Shown: positions 1 through 10,410 of the stretch, piece by piece
Numbering within the stretch: position 1 is the stretch's first letter
Layout of the letters: every line of letters starts with the position of its first letter
Assembly: GCA_965637545.1 (NCBI GenBank)
Contig: OZ281495.1
Span: 2,666,001-2,730,000 of the forward strand
Origin: Phallusia mammillata
Taxonomy: Eukaryota
Direction of reading: 5' to 3'
Length of the DNA stretch: 64,000 bases
Position numbers and translations under genes: made by a program
Notes under the pieces: model-generated
What the model was told of the DNA's origin: nothing
Database searches by the model: none
Seen by the model: only the letters and a program-made list of their open reading frames with translations

Positions 1-537
1 ACGTTAAGAAATCAGGATTGGGAAATATAGTTTATTTTATTGATTATTATCTATATTTTCCCCTATCGTTTGCATGTTATTAAAAAAACAAAATTTTGTT
101 TTGATTTAAAAAGGTAACAAAAATGTCAATAGAAATGGCGCGTGGCTCTGGTGAGAAAAAATGACAAATTTATTTTACTGGGAAAAATAATTTTGTTTAA
201 AATCAGTTACCAGGTTGGAGAAAAAAATCCTCCATGCAAAATAAACAAACGAGCAACTGTAGAAATAGCACAATTATGTCGTCACAAACTGGTAATTACG
301 TCATATAGACTAACATCAGAGTACTTTTAGATTCTAATTTTAACACGTGGTCGTCTTTATCGGTAATATATCAAAAAATAATTAATAAACCAAAATAGGC
401 ATTTAACATTAACAAACACATATTTATCTCCAAAAAAGTATTGCTTTACATGAACCAGTGTCAAAATTTAATTATTTGGTTTTATTTATTTTTTATTTCA
501 TGAAACTTGAAAAACATCATTTTTTATTTTCCTGCAG

Positions 538-1298
538 ATCAAACTGACGAATTCAATCAACACATTCAAAATTACGTTGATTCATTAAATACAAAAAAGT
601 ATGACGAAGCAAAAATGACAAAACAACAACTCTCAAGGTCAATCACAGGTCAACCAGGGGTCACTGCAAAAAACCTGGAAGAAAAAGCCACGAAATTTAG
701 AGATGACGGAAAATATTTGGAAGCCATTTTGTTTTTTAGCATTGCCGCAGATTTCTATCTGAAGAAAAATCCCGACTCCGCTGTAGCGAAAAGTGTAGCT
801 CTGTGTGCGATGAGAATTCAAAGCACAATCAAACTTTTGATGAAAAATTCTGATTCATCTTCGAAGTCGAGAAACATAGAAATCGTGCGCGATCATGTGA
901 TCCCACTGATGCGTGACATGATTCAGCAAATCCGCGACCTTCAAATAAACGAAGAAATTCGATGTGAATGGGAGGTTTGGTGTTTGGGTCACATTGAAGT
1001 GTGTCAACGTCTCATAGGGGATTTGAAATCGAGCGAAACAACAATAAAACTTGGACTTGAACTTATGGAAACAAAGTTCGGGAATGAAAGTTCAAAGTAT
1101 CAGATCTACGGTGGCTTGTTGAACAATCTTGGTGGTGTTTACGGTGAAACTTCACGATTCAAACAAGCAATCGAATGTTACACAAAAGCAATCGAAGTTT
1201 ACAAAACAGCGGAGGATTTAACTGAGAAACAACGAGGAGACGAGATTGCAATAAGTGAAAGGGGTTTGCAAATATGCAAAGCGAAGTTGATCAAGTGA
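538..1298 (+). CDS. U0: terminal TPR-domain exon of a kinase-linker-TPR paralog (5' part lies upstream of the window)
   Basis: Acceptor tttcctgcAG at 536-537, phase 1. Open to TGA 1296-1298. TPR motif YGGLLNNLGGVYGETSRFKQAIECYTKAIEVYK. Same length (761 nt) and acceptor context as the U1 terminal exon 25698-26458. The ORF-track start at 507 is intron sequence. Confidence 0.85.
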
Positions 1299-2433
1299 TT
1301 AAGTTTGTTGCAAAACAACGAAAGTTTTGTCAGTAACAGAATTATTGTGAAAGAAGTTTACTTTTTTACTGTAAATAAAATTACTGTTTCGTTTTCTCAT
1401 CTTTGTGCACAATTGCTGTATTTTAGTGACGATTTTTTGGTACAAATGTAAAAATAAAACTTACTTTTCAAAAAATTGATAAGAATTCAAAAATTTCAGG
1501 AGATATTTCACAGAACATCATTTTCCAGGTAAAATCTAAAAAAACAAAGAATTTTTGGTAAGAAAGTTGCAGGTTTGACAATTTTTTTTTAATAATTAAA
1601 AACTCAAAAAAGCATTTGTTGAAGTGATGAGGCTTGGGGGTAAAAATAAAAATGTATTCTCCAAATGAACTGGGTTGCAAGTGTATTTATATTAGTTTTC
1701 AAAACTTATTATGTATTTTTAACTTTGCCATTAGGACTGCCGTTCAGGATTAAGATAATTTTTAGTTAATATCAAGAAACAACACACCTTTATAAGTTGC
1801 ATCGGACCAAACACAACAATCTGTGCATTTTCACAAACCAACGAATTTCCACAAGTAAACTGCAACTCTATGTTGATTATTAGATGCTCGGATATAATCA
1901 CATTTGTCATCAATCTCAACCATGGATCCTGAAAAAGTAAATTTAGGATTTATCCTACTAGGAGAACAAGAAAGTAAAAGGATAAATATCTTGCGAGCAA
2001 AAAAACAATTTCTATAAACATGGTTAGAAATGAGTGCAAGTGAGTTTTTAACATTTTATTATACAAACACAAGTAATTGAACCAATCAAGGGTCGCAAAC
2101 CTTTAATGCTAAAAAATACATTTCTTAAATGCATCAATATGCTTGTCTTAAATGGAAAGGTATTTTCTTTAGTGCTTGGAGGTGTACATGTGTGGGGATA
2201 CCTTATCATATTGATATTTGCTTGAGATCATTCCTTGTGTTTCAATTTGTTTTTTGTCGATGTTTAGTAAATAGCTGTTTAGTAAACCTTACTCATTGTG
2301 AAAGTGATTTTAGTTTGTCAAAATTGAGTTCACTAGCATTAACAACACAAGGTTCAGTTGAAAAACCTCAATAAGAAAGGAAATTATTTGACCTTGAGGC
2401 CGAATATTCGGTTTCGGCCCGAACCTTTTTAGG

Positions 2434-2833
2434 GGGTGACACTAAAACGCTGAATGGGCGGGACGGGCGGGACGTCGCGGGAGATGGCGGGACGTCCTGA
2501 AAACCGTTAAATATCGGGTTCAATTGCAGACGGTTAGAGCTATTAAGGTTGGGATAAGGTTTTATAATAGAAAATCATTAAAAAAAAAAATTCCGCCGGA
2601 CACTACATTTCGCGCCTGAAACGTCCCGCCATCTCTCGCAATGTCCCGCCATAGCATTTTTGCCTAATGTCAGGAAATAGTTGAATAAGTTTTAGGCAGG
2701 GACATTTTTTGATTCATATACTATTATAAAACCTCAAGCTCAACCCAACCCTAATAGCACTAACCGTCAGCAATTAACCCGATATTTAGCGGTTTCCGCG
2801 ACGTCCCGCCCATTCAGCGTTTTAGTGTCACCC
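2434..2833. mobile_element. ~400-bp non-autonomous TIR element (MITE)
   Basis: ~32-bp TIR GGGTGACACTAAAA(A)CGCTGAATGGGCGGGACG. Flanking direct repeat TTTTTAGG at 2426-2433 and 2834-2841 (9 bp if the adjacent C is counted). Inserted in a relic of the family seen at 26880-27345. Confidence 0.85.
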
Positions 2834-3563
2834 TTTTTAGGCTGGTTCGGTACATCACTAGCTGTAACCACAGATTTTATATTCCTCTAGTTTAGATCAT
2901 CTTCAATATAACTCTGTTTAAAAAATATATTTTAAACAAGGTCACTGTGACCAGAAAAATAACGCACACAGAAAAAAGTGAGCTTTTAATATTTGTTTGC
3001 ACTTAAAGTATGACGTCACAATCATACAGTAAATACTTGTGACATCACAACACAATTACCCAATCAGACCGAAAATCTTACCTTACTGGATTTTGATATC
3101 TTATTAAGGTCAGTTGTAGCTTCGTTTGTGGATTGACAGTTCCTGAAAACACATTTCAATCCATGACCAACAAACACATTTTTTGTTTCAGGGGCTAGCC
3201 TGGGTGTAATCATGATCACGTGATACCCCTGATGCATAACGGTAAGCACTTAATGTAAAGCGGCAGGTCCTGAGTTACAAAAATAACAATCAAAATGGAA
3301 CGCGCTTATGACGTCATAACCACACTCCCGCACTACTTGTTTAAGCTATTTGCTACTTGTTGCACAGGGTAAATGATGCGGTATAAACATTTTTTGCTAT
3401 ATGTTTCAATATTTTTAGTGATTTTTTTAAAGAAAATATTAGTATATAGATGTAAAACAAGGATAAATGAAAAAGATAGTCGCTGTCGGACTTTAAAGTT
3501 AAATAATTAATTAGGCTTTTAAGTGTTTGACATTACACAAAAAATTATTTTAATTGGCACCAA

Positions 3564-3939
3564 GAGTACCGGATTAAGGGTCTGCTGGCCTGTAGGCACT
3601 TTTTATATGTGGCCCGAAAATCAGGGTTGCCAACTAATAAATTAGAATTATCAGTTTTGCCACATCATTGTCACAAAGATCGTCGTTGCAACTATAACTC
3701 AGGGTACCGTGCAAAAACTTGGTCATATGCCTAACTAAATTACAACTTTGCGCGTTTTTGCGATTGAAAACGCGTTAACTAGTTTTTGGAGGTCAATCTT
3801 ACCGAGTAGATCACTTTCAATACACAAAATAATTATTTTGAAAACATGACTAAATTTCTAATGATTGTAAAGTGGCCTGGATTTTTGACTAGCCTGTATA
3901 GGCACGATCCTACTTTGCCTAATGGTTAATCCGGCACTG
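3564..3939. mobile_element. hAT-type MITE, 376 bp
   Basis: TIR GAGTACCGGATTAA vs CAGTGCCGGATTAA (12/14). 8-bp TSD GGCACCAA at 3556-3563 and 3940-3947. Confidence 0.8.
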
Positions 3940-5424
3940 GGCACCAATGTTGGTTCTTAGCCACAATACAAATTTCTAATCATATACCCAATGTGGAGTT
4001 TATCCAGTAAAATTGCACACAACATTTTTTGCATTTTGGCTGCATAAAATGTTAATATTTGTTATAGCTTGTGTGAGCTTTTTACTGGTTACTTTTAACT
4101 TGTATGGCAATGTTACATAAAGAACTGTTGCATTAATTTTATTTTGCAACAAATTAAGATGCAGTACATAGTTGTTAAAAACGTCATGCACAAATTTAAA
4201 TTACAGTATAAAACACAGCAGAACCAAAAACCTGTTTAAGATAAAATAATGTCTTTCATTTTGCAAATAAGAACATTTGTTCTCCAGGGATGCTGAAGGG
4301 ATACAACCACATGCACACTATTTTGCAATTTACTGTTTGCCAAACACAAAGAAAATAATGCAGAAAGTTTGAAAATTCATTTTCATTGTTGCTTTACTTT
4401 TAAAGTTGGTTTTAAATTTCTCAATTAATATGATGTTATAGTCTTATAATAGTAGTCAAATTTTGTAGATTGTTTACTTTTGTTAAGCTTTCTCTTTTTT
4501 TTTCAATTCACCATAGTATGCCTGTCATAAAATGTTTAGTTGGGTTGGCTTGTACCGATTTTTTAGTTTGGGTAAAATAGTGGTAGAGCTAGAACATATT
4601 TGTAGTTCTTGGGTCACATGCAAACAGCAAGCATCCTGACAATGACAAAAAAGAAAAGAAACATTTCAAAGTAAAACTGATGTAAAATACTGCAAAGTTT
4701 GACTGGAACTGTACTTGTCACACTTTTATCTTCAAACTTGTGTGTTTGGAGCAACTTGGAGGTTCATCTGAATTGCCGGAATATTTCAATTTGGGAGTTT
4801 TTTGTTTTAAAGTAACAAGTTTGCATTTCAAAACCATATAATAAACCGATTTTAGATGTCCTTTATCACTGACTTTGGTGTTTGGAAAAAAGTGCTTTTC
4901 CTTGTGAAGATTTGATAAGGTTTGGCTATGACAGTTCAGTTGGTTGGCATCCAGCAGGTATATGAGATAATAGATTGATCGTAAATAGAAAGTATCTGTT
5001 CTCCCAGTAAATCTCTTATTTATTTATCTAAAAAATAAAAAAAATAGGCGGTGGCATGTATTATTAGGAATTAGGATATGACTGGCATGCATTAGCTTTT
5101 ATAAAATTGGGCTATACTGTACACAAACTTACCACAAGTATACTTGTATCATATATGATGACATAGTTGGCGCAGAAGTCACAGGACACAACAGGTTTAC
5201 TTAACAACAGCGCTCCTGTATGTACAGATAACAGATAAGTCTAAAAACCAGACATTTTTACTTAATAATGATGCAATAATCACAAAAACATTACTTGTTA
5301 CTTACCACTAGCAGGCTACAACTGAAAATTGTAGAATCGACTACTGTTCGGTGTAACTAGGCGTATCACAGCATTTAACAAAATGGACTATATATTGTCG
5401 TATGATTTCCACGTCTCAAAAAAC

Positions 5425-8400
5425 TTAGATGTGATCGGATATATTTTGAAACCAGTCGCTGAATGCTGTATCGCATTCATGTACTGTCCGATATCCACCT
5501 TGTAACTTGGTTGTGGGGCATTTTAGGACAAGATGGTCTGTGTCTTGCTTATTTGCTCCACAGTGTGGGCATTCCGAACTCGTTCTTTCGCCCCAGCGTT
5601 GAAGCATGTGGGCAGTGCGAGCGTGTTTTGATCGCACTCGGTTCGCTGCTACCCAGTGACGTCTATGTGCTAAGTCGAAACCTGGCAGTGGAGTTGTTGG
5701 GTCGTCTACTAGCTCTCCTCCAGCGGGCATGTTATTAAACCAATATTGTTTCCATTCTTCAGTCATATCGAAAGTGTTGTCAGTCTCTAAGTTGTAGATT
5801 GGATGCCTGGATTTTAGTCTACGTGTTTTTGGTGCTTGTCTTATAATTTTGGTGAGGGGAATTTCCTCTGGAAGTGTTTGAAGATTCTGTATCATCTTCA
5901 TAGCTGATGCTCTGCGTCGTAAGTGTGGGGGAGGTATTGCACTCATTGTTGGTAGCCAAGTAATAGGGGTGGATTTTAGAGTTCCTGATATTATTCGCAT
6001 TGTTCTGTTCAGTTGGATGTCCAATTTTTTAGTGTGAGTACTACGCTCCCATGTTGAAGCACAGTATTCTGCAGCGCTATAACACAAAGCCAAGGCAGAT
6101 GTTCTCAGGACTGATTGACTTGCTCCCCATCTAGTGGCTGCTAGTTTGTTGATCAGTGAGTTTCTAGTTTTTATCTTGTTTGATAGTTTCTGCAAATGTT
6201 GTCTATAATTTAAAGTTCTGTCTAATGTTATTCCAAGATACTTCGGATTGGGGTCCGTTGGCAGTTGCTTTCCATCGATTATAATATTGAGTTGTTGGTT
6301 TGCGCGGTGATTGTCCAGGTGGAAAAGAGTTGTCACTGTTTTAGTGGTGTTCATTTGTAGATACCATGTCGTGAAGTATTCCTGGAGAGTGGTGAGATCA
6401 GCTGTGAGTTGGTTTTGAATCGTTGTTAGACAATTTCCTTGATAAGTTAGTGCCCAGTCATCCGCATAGCCGAATTTAAGACATTTGGTTTTAGGCATGT
6501 CTCTGATGTATATGTTGAATAGTGTAGGGGACAGTACGGAGCCCTGAGGTACCCCGTTTTTTATTTTAAAAGTTTTGCTGGTGTCGGAACCTACACATGT
6601 GTAGAAGCGACGAGTACCTGTCATTTTTGATATGATTCGCAGCATGGTTCTGCATTTTATTATTTTGGCTAGTTTTAGTAGAAGACCATCATGCCATACT
6701 GTATCGTAGGCAGCTGATAAATCTACGAATATGGCTCCAGTTGTGTTTTTTAGTTCATATCCTGTTTCAATGTGTGATGTTAAAGCAAGGACGTGTTCAC
6801 TGGTGCAACGATGTTTTCTAAACCCAGATTGTTCAGAGGGTAAGAATGGTTCGACTAGTGGCGTTATTCTGGCAAGTATGATTCTTTCCAAAACTTTGTA
6901 GGTGCAGCATAGAAGAGAAATTGGCCTGTAACTGCTTGGGTTGGTTGGATCTTTTCCTGGTTTCAAAATTGCTATCACTTTTGCTATTTTCCAATCTTTG
7001 GGAAGTTGTCCAGTTTGAATAATGTCTGTCAATGCGGTCCTCAGCCATTGAAGACTGTTATTTCCTAGATGTTTCAGCATTTCTGGGTAAATTCCATCTA
7101 TTCCAGCAGCTTTGCTCGCTTTTGTTTGCTTTAGCGCCTCTTTTAATTCTGACATTAGTATATGTGATGACAGGTTGGAATCTTCCGTGTATGTGCGGTA
7201 TAGTTGTTGATATTCTTTTCTTACAGATTTTTCAAAAGTGTGGTTTGGTTTATGGTGTCCTCGTTGTTTAATTTCCTTTGCGATTTGGTTTGCACTTATC
7301 GGAGCTGCAGTTTTGGGCTTTGATGTTGAATTAAGGTCCAGTTTATGTAGAAGTGCCCATGCTTTACGGCTTGAGTGTTTGAAGTCGAGATTTTCAACTG
7401 TACTGATCCATCTGTTTCTCCTGTCTTTATTAAGCGATGATAATAGTTGGTCTGCTGTATTATTGTCATTTGTTTCTTCGTAAGCTTTGAACAAGGCCTC
7501 ACTTTCTTTTGACCAGCAGGGAACATACCTTTTTCGTCTACCTCTTGGAATGTAGCGTCTTGCACTTTTTAAAACTAGTTTGTGAAATCTAGGTATTGTT
7601 TGAGCTGATGGAGGAATATGGATGCATGTCTGGTCCACGGCTTTAGCAAAGTTTTCCCAATCAGCTTGTTCGAAGTTCCATCTGTTTTTTGGAAGGGAGT
7701 TGATGATAGGAATTTTTAATCCAACTGTAGTTATTATGGGCCGATGTTGGCTATGTGGAAAGGAGGGCAGAATTTCTGTAGTTGCTGGCAATGGATCAAG
7801 GTTATCGTTTTTTGATACGAGGCATAGATCTGTTGAATAATCTTTGTTCCATCTTGAGGAATGAAAGGTACCCTGGGTTTTGGGGTCGTATAGTAGATGA
7901 AGATTTGTGTCATTTATCCATTGTCCTAATTGTTCGCCTGCTTTGTCGTTTTCATTATATCCCCAGTCGGTGTTGTGGCTGTTAAAGTCCCCAATGTAAA
8001 CAGTGGGGCGAGGAAAGGGTTGGAGAGGAGGATTCGGCCATTCTTTGTTTGGTGGTTTGTACAAGTTAACAACCGTTAGTTCTTTGATTTTTACTGCTGA
8101 TCTGTGAGTGTTGTTGGATGTTAAGACTGATTGCAATTCTGTCACTTCAGAAGGGTTTTTGGCATAGGTGCATATCCCGTATTTGTCATGGCAGATTTTT
8201 GAAATAAGAGTGTATCCTGGTATTCGGGTCTTTGATTCCGGTGATGTTGCTGTAGCGTGGGTTTCTTGGAGTAATGCGATGTCCACTCTGTGTTGGTGGA
8301 GGATTTTCCCAAGATATTCGCATTTGGGCATTGAACTTCCCTCGATGTTAAGTGAAAGGATCTTAGTCTGGTTACAGAGTTCAATGGAGCCTAACTTATT

Positions 8401-8505
8401 TTTCGAACCTGCTGGGCTCTGTGGGTTGTCAGCAGGAACGCGAACGTTTTTATTCTGGGCCACGTTCGATCCAGCATTTTGTTTCATTTCTTTGTAAAGC
8501 ATCAT
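5425..8505 (-). CDS. APE endonuclease + reverse transcriptase + C-terminal CCHC finger (LINE polyprotein, uninterrupted)
   Basis: APE motifs LSLNIEG, LLQETH, GDFNSH, DLCL, SQHRPI. RT motifs YRPISLL, QSGFR, FVDLSAAYDTV, GVPQGSVLSPTLFNIY, YADD, YLGITLD. Zinc finger CPHCG..DTDHLVLKC. Confidence 0.97.
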   Translation of the reverse strand: MMLYKEMKQNAGSNVAQNKNVRVPADNPQSPAGSKNKLGSIELCNQTKILSLNIEGSSMPKCEYLGKILHQHRVDIALLQETHATATSPESKTRIPGYTLISKICHDKYGICTYAKNPSEVTELQSVLTSNNTHRSAVKIKELTVVNLYKPPNKEWPNPPLQPFPRPTVYIGDFNSHNTDWGYNENDKAGEQLGQWINDTNLHLLYDPKTQGTFHSSRWNKDYSTDLCLVSKNDNLDPLPATTEILPSFPHSQHRPIITTVGLKIPIINSLPKNRWNFEQADWENFAKAVDQTCIHIPPSAQTIPRFHKLVLKSARRYIPRGRRKRYVPCWSKESEALFKAYEETNDNNTADQLLSSLNKDRRNRWISTVENLDFKHSSRKAWALLHKLDLNSTSKPKTAAPISANQIAKEIKQRGHHKPNHTFEKSVRKEYQQLYRTYTEDSNLSSHILMSELKEALKQTKASKAAGIDGIYPEMLKHLGNNSLQWLRTALTDIIQTGQLPKDWKIAKVIAILKPGKDPTNPSSYRPISLLCCTYKVLERIILARITPLVEPFLPSEQSGFRKHRCTSEHVLALTSHIETGYELKNTTGAIFVDLSAAYDTVWHDGLLLKLAKIIKCRTMLRIISKMTGTRRFYTCVGSDTSKTFKIKNGVPQGSVLSPTLFNIYIRDMPKTKCLKFGYADDWALTYQGNCLTTIQNQLTADLTTLQEYFTTWYLQMNTTKTVTTLFHLDNHRANQQLNIIIDGKQLPTDPNPKYLGITLDRTLNYRQHLQKLSNKIKTRNSLINKLAATRWGASQSVLRTSALALCYSAAEYCASTWERSTHTKKLDIQLNRTMRIISGTLKSTPITWLPTMSAIPPPHLRRRASAMKMIQNLQTLPEEIPLTKIIRQAPKTRRLKSRHPIYNLETDNTFDMTEEWKQYWFNNMPAGGELVDDPTTPLPGFDLAHRRHWVAANRVRSKHARTAHMLQRWGERTSSECPHCGANKQDTDHLVLKCPTTKLQGGYRTVHECDTAFSDWFQNISDHI

Positions 8506-8571
8506 AGTAGGTAAGGTAGTTATTCAGAGATGTGTACCCAGGATGGCGCATTGCCGTTTGGGTACCGGGTT

Positions 8572-8636
8572 GGACTCGATCTTAGTGATTGTAAGCCCCT
8601 ACACCAACGACAAGGTGTCGAGTCCCTTCGTAGGGG
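8572..8636 (-). ncRNA. HDV-like self-cleaving ribozyme at the LINE 5' end
   Basis: CCCCUAC GAAG GGACUCGAC ACC UUGUCGUU GGU GUAGGGG CU UACAAUCA CUAAG A UCGAGUCC. P1 7 bp, P2 8 bp (+C-G), P3 ACC/GGU, 8-nt L3, single G-C P1.1, minimal P4, J4/2 CUAA with candidate catalytic C at 8585. Nucleotide +1 coincides with the TSD-defined 5' end. Confidence 0.85.
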
Positions 8637-8923
8637 ACAAAATGGACTGCGATGTTTTAAGCCTAAAAACCGAAAACCCCTCGCAAAAAGGATTTGCTGA
8701 CTTTTCAAAAATAACTTATCGGTCGTTGCAGTACATTTACCTCCAATTTGCTACAGCGCATAACCTCGATAGGGGTCACGCACAAAAAGGACGGTGTCTT
8801 TTAACTCACCTAATTGACTATTTTCGCTCAACAACTAATTTAAGAGTTGAACTGGGCTTAAAACACCATTTTTAGTATTTCGCGCCAAATTTGCTAATTC
8901 CTTCTTGACAACCGTAACTCAGG

Positions 8924-9217
8924 GGTAGAGCTACTAACACCATACGTTTCGCCCGATCCAAAAGTGCCTAATTTTCGATAGGTGACGTAAAGAGCTGAAT
9001 TATTTATTTAGCGGCTATAAATGGGTTGGTTTGGGAAATATTTACATGAAACTTTTACATTAGTAACTAATTTTTTGGGTTAGTTTTATTGAATTTTAAG
9101 TGCTAATACCTTACCCCAACCCTAATAGCCCTAACCGTTAGCATTTTTTTAGATATATCGTTTTGAAAATTCAGCACTTTTGGATCAGGCGAAACGTATG
9201 GTGTTAGTAGCTCTGCC
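8924..9217. mobile_element. 294-bp MITE with 44-bp TIRs and 9-bp TSD
   Basis: TIR GG(T/C)AGAGCTACTAACACCATACGTTTCGCC(C/T)GATCCAAAAGTGC. TSD TAACTCAGG at 8915-8923 and 9218-9226, inside the right TIR of the 3241-9254 element. Confidence 0.9.
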
Positions 9218-9612
9218 TAACTCAGGACCTGCCGCTTTACATTAAGTGCTTACCGATGCATAACATTACTTATGAAATTACTGATGCGTAACAATGTTTT
9301 TAGTGCACTTATAAGCGACGTGTTGGTGTTATTATATTTTAGAATTCGCTGTGTTAGACCATCTTACATCCACAACCTTTTGCTGTGTTTAGCCACTAGA
9401 CTAGTGGTTCCTTAAAAGTGGAACACAAAAGATTTTCATGTGGCACACAAGGTGAGTATACTCGGCAAAAATATCGAAATATCTTATCAGAGACTACTTG
9501 CACACAAGCTTACTGTAGTTAGCAAAAGAATATTGAAATTTCTAATCATTAAAACAAAAATCGTGTAACTAGTTCATACTTGTTAAATATAAAAAAACTG
9601 CGCATTCTAGAT

Positions 9613-10410
9613 CAGTGGTCGTCAACCTATGGGTCGCGACCCCAAGTGGGGTCGCCTAAACTTTTTCTGGGGTCGCAATAAGTCGCTTTAATTTATTGCA
9701 TTTTAAAATTGATTACAGAAAATAAAACTAATATTATGTTCTTTTAGATCGCAACTTTTGGTCTTGTTTTGTGGTACAGCTTGCTACCTCCTGTTGCAAT
9801 TAAATCGTGGTAGTGAAAAACACAAAATGCCTTTATCGCGTAACAATGGGTTTGGACAACGTGTATTATGACTCAACACTATAAGTTTGTAATATTTAAG
9901 GTGACACCAGAACGAGTGAATAGTTATTTATGTAACGTACCCAACTATGTCAAATTTTTCTAATCCCGTTTTCAACCACGTGGCTGTGTGAAGCAGGATT
10001 TAGTGCCACGAGTGTATTAGAAACGAAACATTGTAATCGATTGGAAGTGGAGCATGACATGCGGTTAAGCTTGTGCAAAGTCAAGCCGCGGCTTCAAAAA
10101 CTTGTGTATACCATCTCACTAACAGTGCAAACTAAATGTTGAACAATTTGACAAATTTGTGTTCCGAAAATTGGGTTTATGTCTTAAATGAAACGGCTTA
10201 AAAACTTTTTTCGCAATACTTTTGGACAGCCATTTTTTCGGAATACTTTTGTATCGCCATATTTCTTTGTAATTATGTATAGTTTGTGCACTTGTTTCAG
10301 CATTACTTAAAACATTTTTCTCAGAGTTGATAAAAATGGGGTCGCATGCAAATTCTGATTTCATTTTCCCTTAAATTGGGGTCGCCTATAAAAAAGGTTG
10401 AAGACCACTG
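9613..10410. mobile_element. hAT/Charlie-type MITE, 798 bp
   Basis: TIR CAGTGGTC(G/T)TCAACCT (15/16). TSD TTCTAGAT at 9605-9612 and 10411-10418, matching the NTCTAGAN target preference of Charlie elements. Confidence 0.9.

Larger units (their letters stand above)
5390..8636 (-). mobile_element. Full-length single-ORF non-LTR retrotransposon, Ingi/Vingi-like (I group)
   Basis: 12-bp TSD ACAAAATGGACT at 5378-5389 and 8637-8648. One 1026-aa ORF, ~130-nt 5' UTR, very short 3' UTR ending in an AT-rich tail. A ~3.2-kb APE-RT-CCHC layout without ORF1 or recognisable RNase H fits Vingi; clade assignment is from memory of the family. Confidence 0.85.
3241..9254. mobile_element. 6.0-kb non-autonomous TIR DNA transposon (Mutator- or Merlin-like), ~2.07 kb without nested inserts
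   Basis: 38-bp perfect TIR GGTAAGCACTTAATGTAAAGCGGCAGGTCCTGAGTTAC; the right copy is split by the MITE at 8924-9217. Direct repeat GATGCATAAC at 3231-3240 and 9255-9264 (an alternative parse gives an 8-bp TSD with C/G termini). The paralogous site near 47707 has one copy (GATGCGTAAC) and no insert. No transposase recognised. Confidence 0.8.

Noticed and set aside
507-537. ORF-track N-termini of the TPR and kinase ORFs (507, 21524, 25877, 32964, 42307, 45697)
   Set aside because: These starts are intron sequence or internal TTG codons. Conserved AG acceptors define the real exon starts, so these are not stand-alone single-exon genes.
5463-8497. Short plus-strand and alternative-frame ORFs overlapping the LINE, kinase, TPR and PLE ORFs
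   Set aside because: Shadow frames of genuine coding sequence with no independent motifs.
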